Below, piece after piece: positions 13,198-27,245 of a stretch of DNA of 64,000 bases. The DNA is from Mobula hypostoma. Its lineage: Eukaryota. A program made the position numbers and the translations under genes. The DNA lies in assembly GCF_963921235.1 (NCBI RefSeq), contig NC_086097.1:123816001-123880000 (forward strand). Direction: 5' to 3'. The notes under the pieces were generated by a model that was not told where the DNA came from, made no database searches, and saw only the letters and a program-made list of their open reading frames with translations. Numbering within the stretch: the stretch's first letter is position 1; the number at the start of each line of letters is the position of its first letter.

Positions 13198-16100
13198 TAA
13201 TCAAATCTGAGCAACACACATAAAAGTTGCTGGTGAACGCAGCAGGCCAGGCAGCATCTGTAGGAAGAGGTAGTCGACGTTTCAGGCCGAGACCCTTCGT
13301 TGGGACTAACTGAAGGAAGAGTGAGTAATATTGTTTGCGTAATCAAATCTGGAATTTTTGTGCAATCATCTGGCTCCACATATTAATATGGAAGAAGAAG
13401 GTATAAAAAAAATGGGTGTTAGGAGAAATATTTGGAGAATGAAATGAGGTTTCTCAAGATCAGATCAAAAAGTTTGTATTACGGGAGCCCTTCTGCCTTC
13501 TTTGCAGTAGTCAAAGTAAGAACTACCTAGCCTAATCTAATCTTCCAGCCCCACAGCTTATAGTGTTTCATAACAGTCGCCTCGTTATAGGAAGGATGTG
13601 GAAACTTTAGAGCAGGTGTGGAGGAGAGTTACCAGAATGCTAACTGAACTAGAGAGAATGTCTTATGAGGATAGGTTAATTGTTTGCATGGCTGTAATTG
13701 GGCAGTGCAGGTTCGTTGGGCTGGAAAAATAAAAAAATAAACACCTACTGGAAATGGCTATTAAGCCACAAAATCACCCATCAGCTATCATCCTTTCCTT
13801 TCTGCCATGGTCAATTTTACTCAACGTTTCACTCTTCAGTGAATTTGTAACATATGGCACCTCACACATACAATCAAAATCAGTTATCACTGTATGGTGA
13901 AAATTCTGTGTACGTCAACAGTAATATTTTGGACATCAATTTTAAGAGTAATTTTAGCATATCAAAAGAGTTATTCCTAACAAGGAATAACTGTAATATG
14001 GAGATAAACAATAGAAATTTCAGTTGTTGAAATCCAGATGTTACCTTTCATCAGAGTGAAGTCCTGTCTTCCTTCTTAAATAGGTAGAAAAGATCTCTTT
14101 GTTATCCTGATGAAAAGCAGTTCTGCTTCCTTGATGTGCTGAGAAATATAAATACCTAGTTTTGCTGACTGTTGCAACATCAAGTGCAGATTTTGTGAAA
14201 GATCATTATACGGAAACAATAACTGTTTTTCTCTGACCACAAATGCCTGGATTAGCTATTCCCTTCATTTTCTGCAGATTTTCAGCACCTACACTTAATC
14301 TCATGATAAATCAAACTCTAGAGCCTTCACCTAAGGTAATTGAACTCTGATACTCACAGCCAAAGTGGTCCACTCTGCACATTTAATAAGTATTTGGATG
14401 AATACTTGAAACATTAAGGCTTCGCAGGCTAAGAGCCGCAGTCTGCTTAATGGGATGAACGTAGATTGACATTTGATAACCAGCACAGATGTGGTTGGCT
14501 GAAGGCCTCCTTCCATGCCGTGTGACACTATAATGTTAATGTATAACTGAAGACTAAAAATAACTTAACATTAAAGATAAAAAGTCTGTGTGTAGTCGAG
14601 AGGAGTTTAAGATTAGATTCGGCTGCCTAGCCAACTGCTAGGGAAAGGCTAGTCAGAGTAGATTTGAGTTAACTGCCCCCAATTTATCTATTATTTAATG
14701 ACAGCTTCTTTAGGCAACCTGGTCTATCAGAAACTGCAGGAAATTTAGAAGAATTGAAATTAATGTGCTCTGAAAGTGAATGCTGTTTCTAATTTCATTA
14801 GTGTGGAGGGAAAGAGGAATACTGAAGAATGCAAGGTTCTTTATGTCTCTACCTAATGAATGCAAAAGCAGCACAAGATGTGTGTCCAGCTAAGAAAAAC
14901 TAATAGTATTTTGTGCGACACACACAAAATGCTGGAGGCTCAGCAGACCACAGTGTAGCTCTTCAGCAAAAGATTCATTGCAAGATAGGAGAGAGGACAT
15001 CCTTGCCTAACTCCAGGTTTGATGGGGAAACTTTCCCATCCATTAATCTGAACTGAACTTTGGATATCTGTGTAGAGCAGTTCGATGCAATTTCTTATTC
15101 CACCCCCAAAACCTATTTATGTGTTTATGAAGGGGAATGAACAGCCGGCATTTCGGGCTGTGACCCTTGTTCATGACTGGCCATTAGGGGTGGAGAACAG
15201 TTGTATGGATGCCTACCCGGTCAGCTTAGGCCAGAAGGCCATCAACAAGATATCACACATATACACGATGGGCATGCTCTCCAAACTGGGTTTTAGGGAG
15301 AGAATCAGAAATTGGATCCAACTGATCTGATTAATGGTTGGGGAAGTCTCCCCATCAAGTCAGGAGTCAGCAGGAATGTCTACTCTCCAGCCTTGTGTGC
15401 TGCGTTAAACCCTTCGCTAAAAAGCTTATACTGTGGCACTTCCCCACAGAGCCTATGCATTGGCTGGACCCAGCTTCAGTGCATCCTTCAACACACACCC
15501 CTGCAGCCTGGAACGTGCCAGTTGGCAGCATTCCTCCACAGACATCTCAATGTGCTGGAAGACCAACAGGTTTCCAGCCAAAGTGCATCTTTCATTGAGC
15601 TGCTGATCTTCCAGCAGCACTTGATTACTTTATTTCCAATAACCATATTGTCATCAACCCAAAACACAATCTGGAGATTCCTGAAATGCCAGTGTGAAAG
15701 CTACAGCAAGGCAAGGGTTAAGGTAATGTCCAGGCAAGGATAGCTTACAGATGGTGTGCAGTCAACCCAGGCAAGGAAGGACTTGGAAGGGCAATTTCCC
15801 TCTACACTGATGGGGACTTGCATCTCATGGCACAACAAATTAAAGATGCAAATGAAGGATTCTAGGGTGACGTTTACTATTGGTCAGTTATTTTACTAAT
15901 TCTTAAATAATATTGGCCTTTAACATGGTTATTAACACAGTACCTTAGTGTGATTGGTGATTCATTATGCAAAGGAATTAGAACAGCCAGAAGGTTTCCA
16001 ATTGGTCAATATCTGTATTCAAATCAATTTCTATATAAAAGCAAGTAATTTCTTTGTTCAAACATTTGAACAGTATGGCAACAGTAGCTATGCTGTTCTC

Positions 16101-16587
16101 CTTGTGCATAAGTAAATAAAGTGCGTTTGAGGAACAAGGACAGGTTTTCAGAGTCCAGTTAATCAGTGATGACACCCAGCAGTCCTGATACATCAGGAAG
16201 CTCTGGGCTGCCACCAAACATCGATCCCTCACCTCCCCACAACTCCTAGGTAGCACCTATGGAGGGGTATAACAGTACAGTGTTTCAGGCCAAGACCCTT
16301 CAATAGGGCTGGAAAAGGGGGAGTAGCAAAATAAAGTGGTGCAGGGAGAGGAAAGAGTACAGCTTGGCATGTGATAGGTGGAAAAGGTAAAGGTCTGAAA
16401 TAAGGAGGAATCTGATAAGAGAGGAGGGTTAAGAGTGGAGCCAAGCAATAAAGTTGGAGTATGTCAACTCTCTAGCACTATTCAATAAGATGACAGAGAT
16501 CTACACAATTTAAATTACTTCAATTAGTTTAATCCTATTGGGTTTTTTTTCATTTAAATTGGACTAATTATAATACATTTCTGAACA

Positions 16588-19127
16588 GAGGCAGTTTGAA
16601 AGAGAATTGGAAGAGCAAATCTGCAGAGAGATAGCAGGCAACTGCAGGAAACATGAAGTTGTGGTGGTAGGGGATTTTAATTTTCCATACATTGATTGGG
16701 ACTCCCATACTGTTAGGGGTCCAGATGGTTTAGAGTTTGTAAAATGTGTTCAGGGAAGTTTTCTAAATCAATATATAGAGGGACCAACTAGAGGGGATGC
16801 AATATTGGATCTCCTGTTAGGAAACGAGTTAGGACAAGTGACGGAAGTCTGTGTAGGGGAGCACTTTGGTTCCAGTGATCATAACACCATTAGTTTCAAT
16901 TTCATCATGGACAAGGGTAGATCTGGTCCTAGGGTTGAGGTTCTGAACTAGAAGAAGGCCAAATTTGAAGAAATGAGAAAGGATCTAAAAAGCGTGGATT
17001 GGGACAGGTTGTTCTCTGGCAAAGATGTGACTGGTAGGTGGGAAGCCTTCAAAGGGGAAATTTTGAGAGTGCAGCGTTTGCATGTTCCTGTCAGGATTAA
17101 AGGGAAATTGAATAGGAATAAGGAACCTTGGTTCTCAAGGGATATTGCAACTCTGATAAAGAAGAAGAAGGAGTTGTATAAAAAGTATAGGAAACAGGGA
17201 GTAAATCAGGTGCTTGAGGAGTATAAGAAGTGCAAGAAAATACTTAAGAAAGTAATCAGGAGGGCTAAAAGAAGACATGAGGTTGCCTTGGCAGTCAAAG
17301 TGAAGGATAATCCAAAGAGCTTTTACAGGTATATTAAGAGCTAAAGGATTGTAAGAGATAAAATTGGTCCTCTTGAAGATCAGAGTGGTTGGCTACGTGC
17401 AGAACCAAAGGAAATGGGGGAGATCTTAAATAGGTTTTTTGCGTCTGTATTTACTCAGGAAACTGGCACGAAGTCTATGGAATTGAGGGAATCAAGTAGT
17501 GAGGTCATGGAAACTGTACAGATTGAAAAGGAGGAGGTGCTTGCTGCCTTGAGGAAAATTAAAGTGGGTAAATCCCCGGGACTTGACAGGGTGTTCCCTC
17601 GGACCTTGAAGGAGACTAGTGTTGAAATTGCGGGGCCCTGGCAGAAATATTTAAAATGTCGCTGTCTACGGGTGAGGTGCCGGAGGATTGGAGAGTGGCT
17701 CATGTTGTTCCATTGTTTAAAAAAGGGTCGAAAAGTAATCCGGGAAATTATAGGCTGGTGAGTTTAGCGTCGGTAGTAGGTAAGTTATTGGAGGGAGTAC
17801 TAAGAGACAGAATCTACAAGCGTTTGGATAGACAGGGAATATTAGGGAGAGTCAACATGCCTTTGTGCGTGGTAGGTCATGTTTGACCAATCTATTAGAG
17901 TTTTTCGAGGAGGTTACCAGGAAAGTGGATGAAGGGAAGGCAGTGGATATTGTCTACATGGATTTCAGTAAGGCCTTTGACAAGGTCCCGCATGGGAGGT
18001 TAGTTAAGAAAATTCAGTCGCTAGGTATACATGGAGAGGTGGTAAATTGGATTAGACATTGGCACAATGGAAGAAGCCAAAGAGTGGTGGTAGAGAATTG
18101 CTTCTCTGAGTGGAGGCCTGTGACTAGTGGTGTGCCACAGGGATCAGTGCTGGGTTCATTGTTATTTGTCATCTATATCAATGATCTGGATGATAATGTG
18201 GTAAATTGTAACAGCAAATTTGCTGATGATACAAAGATTGGAGGTGTAGTAGACAGTGAGGAAGGTTTTCAGAGCCTGCAGAGGGATTTGGACCAGCTGG
18301 AAAAATGGGCTGAAAAATGGCAGATGGAGTTTAATACAGACAAGTGTGAGGTATTGCACGTTGGAAGGACAAACCAACATAGAACATACAGGGTAAGGCA
18401 CTGAGGAGTGCAGTGAAACAGAGGGATCTGGGAATACACATACAAAATTCCCTAAAAGTGGCGTCACAGGTAGATAGGGTCGTAAAGAGAGCTTTTGGTA
18501 CATTGGCCTTTATTAATCAAAGTATTGAGTATAAGAGCTGGAATGTTATGATGAGGTTGTATAAGGCATTGGTGAGGCCGAATCTGGAGCATTGTGTTCA
18601 GTTTTGGTCACCAAATTACAGGAAGGATATAAATAAGGTTGAAAGAGTGCAGAGAAGGTTTACAAAGATGTTGCCGGGACTTGAGAAACTCAGTTACAGA
18701 GAAAGGTTGAATAGGGACTTTATTCCCTGGAGCGTAGAAGAATGAGGGGAGATTTGATAGAGGTATATAAAATTATGATGGGTATAGATAGAGTGAATGC
18801 AAGCAGGCTTTTTCCACTGAGGCAAGGGGAGAAAAAAAAAAGAGGACATGAGTTAAGGGTGAGGGGGGAAAAGTTTAAAGGGAACATTAGCGGGGGCTTC
18901 TTCACACAGAGAGTGGTGGGAGTATGGAATGAGCTGCCAGATGAGGTGGTAAATGCGGGTTCTTTTTTTAACATTTAAGAATAAATTGGACAGATACATG
19001 GATGGGAGGTGTATGGAAGGATATGGTCCGTGTGCAGGTATGTGGGACTAGGCAGAAAATGGTTAGGCACAGCCAAGAAGGGCCAAAAGGCCTGTTTCTG
19101 TGCTGTAGTTTCTATGGTTTCTATGGA
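16588..19127 (+). mobile_element. CR1 LINE ORF2 (C-terminal endonuclease + RT), 5'-truncated, several stops and frameshifts
   Basis: VVVGDFNFP, LDLLL, SSDHN (APE endonuclease); YMDFSKAFDKVPH, GVPQGSVLG, KFADDTK (RT); tail (TTTCTATGG)2. Confidence 0.95.
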
Positions 19128-19240
19128 AAGAATGAGTTACCTCATGACCAAGAGATTTTGGGAATATACAGTTTTTTTCCTTGATCTACTTTTGTTTACT
19201 GAATAATGCAAAAGCTAAAATATTTGAAATTTGGCTTATT

Positions 19241-20497
19241 GAAACATAGAAAACCTATAGCACAATACAGGCCCTTCAGCCCACAAAGCTGTGCCGAACA
19301 TGTCCTTACCTTAGAACTACCTAGGCTTACCCATAGCCCTCTATTTTTCTAAACTCCATGTATCCATCCAGGAGTCTCTTAAAAGACCCTATCGTTTCCG
19401 CCTCCTCCACCACTGCTGGCAGCCCATTCCACACGCTCACCATTCTGCATAAAAAACATCCCTGACATCACCTCTGTACCTACTTCCAAGCACCTTAAAA
19501 ATATGCCCTCGCATACTAGCCACTTCAGCCCTGGGAAAAAGCCTCTGACTATCCGCAGGTTCAATGCCTCTCATTATTTTGTACACCTCAATCAGGTCAC
19601 CTCTCATCCTCTGTCACTCCAGGGAGAAAAGGCCGAGTTCACTCAACCTATTCTCACAAAGCATGCTCCCTAATCCAGGCAACATCCTTGTAAATCTCCT
19701 CTGCACCATTTCTATGGTTTCCACGTCATTCCTGTAGTGAGGCGACCAGAATTGAGCACAGTACTCCAAGTGGGGTCTGATCAGGGTCCTATATAGCTGC
19801 AACATTACCTTCCAGCTCTTAAACTTAATCCCACAATTGATGAAGGCCAATGCACCTTATGCCTTCTTAATCAGAGTCGACCTGCGTAGCAGCTTTGAAT
19901 ATCCTATGGACTCGGACCCCAAGATTCCTCTGATCCTCCAAATTGCCAAGTCTTGCCATTAATGCTATATTCTGCCATCATATTTGACCTACCAAAATGA
20001 ACCACCTCACACTTATCTGGGTTGAACTCCATCTGCCACTTCTCAGCCCAGTTTTGCATCTTATTAATGTCCCACTGTAACATCTGACAGCCCTCCACAC
20101 TATGCACAACACCCCCAACCTTTGTGTCATCAGCAAATTTACTAACCCATCCCTCCACTTCCTCATCCAGATCATTTATAAAAATCACAAAGAGAAGTGA
20201 CCCCAGAACAGATCCCTGAGGCACACCACTGGTCACCGACCTCCATGCAGAACCACTCTTTGCCTTCTGTGGGCAAACCAATGCTGGATCAAATGCCTTG
20301 CCTAAATGCATATACCCTACATCTAATACCTTCATCAGTGTGTTTAGTCACATCCTCAAAAAATTCTATCAGGCTCATAAGGCACGACCTGCCTTTCACA
20401 AAGCCATGCTGACTATTCCTAATCATATTATACCTCTCCAAATATTCATAAATCCTGCCTCTCAGGATCTTCTCCATCAACTTACCAACCACTGAAG
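19241..20497 (-). mobile_element. CR1 LINE fragment, tail-to-tail with the previous copy
   Basis: SQHGFVKGRSCL, GVPQGSVLG, KFADDTK, LIRPHLEYCAQFWSP. Confidence 0.92.
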
Positions 20498-21094
20498 TAT
20501 ATAGGATGCTGTGTGTCAATTCTTAGGGAATATTATTCACTATAAAGGTAGGTCTTGATTACATCAGAAATTAGTTTCAACCTATATAATATAGTCCTTT
20601 CAGCCCACGATGTTGTGCCAAAGATCAATCTAACCTTTCCCTCCCACATAGCCCTTCATAGTTTTTTTTAAATTATCCATGTGCCCAACTGACTCCCTTA
20701 AATGTTCCTCGTATATCTGCCTCCAACACCAGCCTCGATAGCCTGATCCACAAACCCACCACTGTGTAAAGACTGTAGAAAAAAAATGTCACTAACATCT
20801 CCCCTATACCTTTCTCCAATCACTTAAAATTATGCCCCTCATATAAGCCATTTCCACCCTGGGAAAAAGTCTAGATCTTTTATAAACTGATCTGCCTAAC
20901 TGGTGGATGTACAAATATCCATTCTAGATCACAAATGTTTTTCCCCATGCATTCATTTCTTATAAAAAGACCAGTCATCACCAATACTCAGAACTGTATG
21001 AAACTAACATTTTTGTCCCCACCCCAATAAATAGTTTTACCAAGGTAGATGCAATGAATTATTGGACTCAAAGAAAATTCTCCGTTTTAAGGGT

Positions 21095-21204
21095 CAACAA
21101 GGAAGTTAATACATTTTATTGATACATCTTCAAGTATGGAAAATACACAGATTGTATCTTCATTGTCTTTTCTCCGTGAATAGAGAATAATCCTGTCAAA
21201 GTGC
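21095..21204 (-). other. COX6C: COX6C non-coding terminal exon (3' UTR) with polyA signal
   Basis: Minus-strand acceptor tttttactttttttgaaacag|GCAC at 21204 and AATAAA at 21120-21115. The 3' end is estimated. Confidence 0.65.
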
Positions 21205-23533
21205 CTGTTTCAAAAAAAGTAAAAAATTTGTATTAGCACAATTTTAGAGGCATCAAAATCAACATCTACCTCAAAAGGGAAGCTGTTCACTGCAGAATTA
21301 AATTATTCTTATGAACTTGCACTGTACAATATTTTAAATTTAGAACAAACTATTTGAGAATGAAAAAACTAACTACTGAAAATCAATACAAAATTTGCAG
21401 CAATGTTTTCTAATAAATTAGTGATCCAAGTATGACCTTTGTTTCTGAACTCAAAATTTAGTTTGAAATTAGTAGCAGCAAATAATTGAATCCCTATCTT
21501 GTCACCTATAAAGGGAAGCACTGCACAGTTCACTGTTCCTTGCAAATCATAAAACTTACTCAAATCAATTTGTGAATTATCATTAACATTACACTGAAAA
21601 TACAAAAATATCTGCTGCAGCTGCTTTATCATACTGCAATGCCAAAAAGGTGAGACTGAAAGCTAGTGACAACTCTACCTTGAACTAGCTCCTTCTATTG
21701 TAAAGATCAAAAGACACAAGGAGTATTTGACCATTCAGCCTATTGAATCTATTCCATCTGCTATTATCCCTCTTAACCCACTCCCCTGCCTTCTCCTCAT
21801 AAACCTTTGATACCGTTAAAGATCAACACCAGGGACTCAAATATTTATAACTTCCATTAACTGGAAAATGGAGTAAAACGTAAGAAAATGTGAGATTATT
21901 CACTTTAGAAAGAAAAAGCAAATTATTACTTAAATGTCCAACTCATGCTATGTTTGGAGGATGCTTTACATGTTATGGAGAAGGAAATGCAAAAAGGAAA
22001 TACGTACATGGCCCTTCAGATGTATGGTAATAAAGCTGCCAAGAAAAATGATGTCTTACAGCAGTGAAAAATCTATCCTGAAGCACTGGTCAAGTGGATG
22101 AGTGGATATGTAATTGAAAAGGTTGTCAGATGTACCACATGCTCAGTATCACAAAAAGAACATTGTGAATGATGGCTCCTCATATAACGTAATAAGCCCC
22201 TGCACTTGCTCAGTGGATACAAAGTAGACATCCACAGAAAACTAAGCCATATCCAAAAAGAGGAGGTTTGGGGACTCTTAGTTGGTTCTATTGGCAGTGC
22301 TCCAGGTAAAAGGAGCTCTGATGTTAATCTCCAACCAAAAACAATCTAGGTTAGTGTAATTAGATTAGATACATTAGAATGCTCATTAGACACATACATT
22401 AGAATGCTCGTGGAAACAAGCAAAATTGCAAATGTAACTTCTGTAGAAGGAGTAAGGGGGTAGACTATTTTCTAAATGGGTAGAAAATTCAGAAAACATA
22501 TGCAACAGGCTTGGGAGATCTGGTGCAGGATTCCCTAAAGGTTAATGTGCAGGTGGAGTCAGTAGTAAGGAAGCCAAATAAAATGTCAGTATTCATTATG
22601 AGAGGACTAAAAACAAGGGTGTAATGCTGAGGGTTTATAAAGCATTGGTCAGACTGCATTTGGAGTATTGTGAGCAGTTTTGAGCCCCTTATCGAAGAAT
22701 AGATGCGCTAACACTTGAGAGGCACCAGAGCAGCTTCACAAGGATGATCCCAGGAATGGAAGGGTTAATGCATGAGGAGTGTTTGATGGCTCTGGGCCTG
22801 GACTCGCTGGAGTTTACAAGTGGTGGGGGAAAGGAGAAGAGAATCTCATTGAAACCCAATGAATAGTGAAAGGTGTAGAAACAGACAGCTGGGGAGGACA
22901 AGTATTTAAAGCAGAGGCTGATAAGTCCTTGATTGGCAAGGGTGTCAAAAGCTACAGGGAGAAGGTAGACCAATGGGTTTGAGAGGGATAATAAATCAAC
23001 CATGATGGAAAGGCAGAGCAGACTTGATGGCCTAATTCTGCTCTTATGTCTTATGGTATTTTTCATCTTTTTTATAGCTCAGCAACTCCACATATTACTA
23101 ATATGAAGACATTCCCTCACGTTAAGCTTTATTTTTCAAAAAGTTTAACTTTTTTCCTCAATCTGTTTAATTTGAGATGTGAGCATCAGTGATGACATCA
23201 TTTAATAGTCACAGCTCATTGTCCTCAAGATTCTGCTGAATCACTACTTGAAGTGGTATGGGTATACTTGTAATAGAAATGCTGATGTTTTGGTGAACAG
23301 TTCCAGAATTTTAAAAAAACAATCCTTTCTGCTTTTGACTTTATGTTGACTTCACCTTTTCAAAATTGCACCCTATTCAGACCTGGCACTGAATTTTTCA
23401 GTCAGATTGTTTGACAGTTGGCTGCAATGCCAGTGCAATATTGCTTACCCCATGTCCCTGGTGCCCTGTGCCAAACCAATTCTAGCAAAACAAAACCAAT
23501 CCCAACAAGCAACAATTTGCCTACAATCAGCTA

Positions 23534-25062
23534 CATTGCCCATAAAAAGCATTTACCCCGAGTTTTCATGTCTTATTGTTTTACAACATTGAATCACAGT
23601 GGATTTAATTTGCTTTTTTGACAAGGAAGTGTTTTTCTGTTGATCAGTGTCAAAGTGAAAACAGACATCTACAAAGTGATCTAAATTACAAATATTAAAC
23701 TCAAAATGATTGCATAAGTATTCACCACCTTTAATATGACAAACTAAATCATCACTAGTGCAGCCAATTGGTTTTAGAAGTCACATAATTAGTTAAATGG
23801 AGATCACCTGTGTGCAGTCAAGGTGTTTCAATTGTTTGTAGTAACAAGACACCTGTAGGTACAAAGTCCAACTGCTGATGAGTCAGTATCCTGGCAAAAA
23901 CTACACCATGAAGACTGAAGAACACTCCAAGCAACTCGCAAAAAGGTTATTGAAAAGCACAAGTCAGGAGATGGATATAAGAAAATTTCCAAGTCACCAA
24001 ATATCCCTTGGGATACAGTTAAGTCAACATCAAGAAATAGAAAGAAAATGGCAGAGCTGTAAATCTACTTAGACCAGGCTGTCTTCAAAAACTGAGTGAC
24101 TGTGAAAGAAGGGGACGAGTAAGGGAGGCCACTATGATAACTCTGGAGGAGTTGCAAGTTTCAGTGGCTGAGATGGAAGACACTATGCATACAACAACTG
24201 TTGTCTGAGTGCCCACCAGTCACAGTTTTATGGGAGACTGGCAATGAGAAAGCCACTGTAGAAAAAAAAACTCGCTTGAAATCTCAGCTAGAGTTTGCCA
24301 GAAGGCCTGTGGGAGACTCTGAAGTCAGCTGGAAGAAGGTTCTATGGTCTGATGAAACCAAAATTGAGCTTTTTGGCCATCAGACCAAGCACAATACATG
24401 AAAAATACACAATCCCTACCGTGAAGCATAACAGTGGCTGCATCATGCTGTGGAGATGCTTCAGTGCAGCAGGCCCTGGAAGGCTTGAGAAGGTAGAGAG
24501 TAAAATTAATGCAGCAAAATACAGGGAAATCCTGGAAGAAAACCTGATGCAGTCTGCAAGAGAACTGCTACTTAGAAGATTTGTTTCCCAGCAAGACAAT
24601 GACCCCAAACATAAAGCCAAAGCTACACAGGAATGGCTTAGAAACAACAAAGATCATGTCCCAGAATGGCCAAGTTGGAGTCCAGATCTCAGTCCAATTC
24701 AGAATTTGTGGCTGGACTTGAAAAGGGTTGTTCACTTACGATCCCCACGCAATCTGACAGAGCTTGAGCAGTTTTGTAAAGAAAAATGTGGAAAAGTTGC
24801 AGTGTCCAGATGTGCAAAGCTGATAGAGACCTATCCACATAGACTCAAAGGCTGTAACTGCTGCCAAAGACGCATCTACTAAATACCGACTTGAAGGAGA
24901 TGAGTAATTATGCAATTATTTTGTATAATAATCGTAATAAATTTAGACCAATTTGTAGAAATTTGTTTTCACTTTGACACAAAAGTAATGTGTCCAAAAA
25001 TAAACCAAATTAAATCCACTGTGATTCAATGTAAAACAATAAAGCATGAAGCATAGGCACTG
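23534..25062 (+). mobile_element. Tc1/mariner DNA transposon, near full length, transposase disrupted
   Basis: TA flanks (23532-33, 25063-64) and imperfect TIRs (ttgaatcacagtggatttaatttg / caaattaaatccactgtgattcaa). Transposase remnants MKTEEHSKQL, WKKVLWSDETKIELFG, QQDNDPKHKAK, WPSWSPDLSPIQNLW (DD34E-type). Confidence 0.93.
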
Positions 25063-25660
25063 TATCAGACATTCTACCCGAACCCTTTTCTGCAATTCAA
25101 AAAAGCTTATTTTTCCAACATTTGCTGGCAATGGTGAAAATACTTCATTGGGACACTAATTTTCTCCTGACATACCAAAAGTAGTATTTACAGCTTTCTG
25201 TCAATTTTGATGTATTTTTTAATATCAGACCCTATCGATTGGCCCGCCATAGCTATTATTGCTTTCAATTAATCATTCTGCTTACAGTTCATACATATGT
25301 AGTTCAAGGACTCAAATTTCAGAACTTGTCTGCAATTTGACATTAAAACTGGCTAAGGGCAGAATTGTGACAACACATTCCTTGCATTCTACTTCATCAC
25401 AAGCCGTGGAGCAAAAAACTGCATTCAATGACTTATGAAAATCTCTGAACATACCTTCCTGATACATGCCACAGACCAAACAACATTTAAAATATAATCC
25501 AAGTTCCTAAACCTTTTCCGTTTAATCTTGAATCTTGTTCCACCATTCTCTCAAGAAATCAAAGCCAAAAATGTCTGCAGTAAAAATGCTCCACTTGCAA
25601 ATTTGTTTCAAAAGCTTTTGAAGCAGGTGAACCTACAGGAAATGTTACCTTTGCAAAAAT

Positions 25661-25837
<177 letters not shown>

Positions 25838-25848
25838 TTAGGAATATA

Positions 25849-26902
25849 CACACAATGGCCACTTTATTAGATACTCCCTGTGCCCTCTAAAGTGAGCACT
25901 GAGTGTCTGTGGTCTTCTGCTGCTGCAGCCGATCCACTTCAAGTTCTGACATTTTGTGCATTCAGAGCTGCTCTTTTGCACACCACTGTTGTAAGGTGTA
26001 GTTATCTGAGTTACTGTCACCTACATGTCAGCTTGAACCAGTCTGGCCCTTTTCCTCTGACCTCTCATTAACAGGCATTTTTACCAACAGAACTGATGCT
26101 GTTTTTTTATGTTGTTGTTCCACACCATTCTCTGTAAACTCGAGACTGAGTGTGAAAATTCCAGATAATCAGTTTGAGATACCCACACCACCCCCTCTGG
26201 CACCAACAATCATTCCACAGAAACATCACTTGGCTCACTTTATCCCCCCATTCTGATGTTTAGTCTGAACCCCGTGACCATGTCTGCATGCTTGTGTAAC
26301 ACGCTATAATATTTCACTGCTAATGTAATGGTTTCTCTGTAACAGCAATGTCTGGGTTATGACTACAGATAATGGGGCTTTGGAATGTGGGATTATCTAA
26401 TGAGGGATGTTGTTCTTTCTTGTAGGTCTGGAAGAGCGATTTTCGCGGTCTTTTATCAGCGAGAGGAGGAGGAAGACGTGGAGAGAGCTAGTAGACCACT
26501 GGACGGAGTGGACTGGGAGTGAGGGTCCGAAGTTTAGTGACACTCAGAGGAGGTCGATGGTTGCTGAATGGCCGTATCAGTGAGCTTCCAATGTGCACTT
26601 TTGGCTTTGTCTTTAAAATGGGCCCTTTTTGTTTTTATTTCCTTTACTAACCCTATATTCAGATTAAGATTTATAAAGTTCAATCATTTAACTGAATATG
26701 GTGTACTGTCTGATATTTTGCAGTGCAGGTTTGTAACTGGGCAACGCATCACACAAACGAGATTTCTTAGCTTGGCAGGGCCAGAAGCTGTCTTCCCCTA
26801 GACAAACACGTGTGGCCGAGCCTGAGGGTTACACCTGTATGCATTGCCTTGATGCTACATGATTGATAGGCTGATATGTACCAAAAAGTTGCCATTGAGT
26901 AC
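25849..26902 (-). mobile_element. Second copy of the Tc1-derived MITE, split by a solo LTR
   Basis: ta|cacacaatggccactttattagatac start; homologous to 9105-9603; degenerate right TIR gtaccaaaaagttgccattgag. Confidence 0.8.
26295..26833. mobile_element. Solo LTR (539 bp, Gypsy-like)
   Basis: Inverted termini TGTAAC...GTTACA; 4-bp TSD cttg/cctg; the host MITE sequence resumes cleanly afterwards. Confidence 0.8.
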
Positions 26903-26984
26903 ATTTTAGAGTGACACTGTACACATATTGTTGAATTGTTTTTTTTTTAAAGCACAAAAGCCAGTGCAGTGATTAATGCATCTT

Positions 26985-27245
26985 GGCACCACAGTAGCAC
27001 AGTGGCTAGCATGCTATTACAGCGCCGGGTGCTCCAGATTTCAATTCCGCTGCTCTGGAAGGAGTTTATGTTCTTCCACAAATGCACAGGTTTCTTTGGG
27101 TGCTCTGGTTACTTCACACACCCAATGACGCACTGGCTATTGTCCTGTGATCTGTGATCAGGCTAGTGTTAAGTAGGTGGGTTGCTGGATGGTGCGGCTC
27201 AGAGAGCCAGAAGGGCCTGTTCCGTACTGTATCTCTAAAATAAAT
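26985..27245 (+). mobile_element. tRNA-derived V-SINE (decayed)
   Basis: tRNA-like head; V-domain-like ggagtttatgttcttcc...gggtgctctggtt; tail gaagggcctgttccgtactgtatctctaaaataaa. Confidence 0.7.

Noticed and set aside
10333..20495. Numerous 60-120 aa ORFs antisense to CR1 copies
   Set aside because: They recur wherever CR1 ORF2 occurs and are opposite-strand shadows, not genes.
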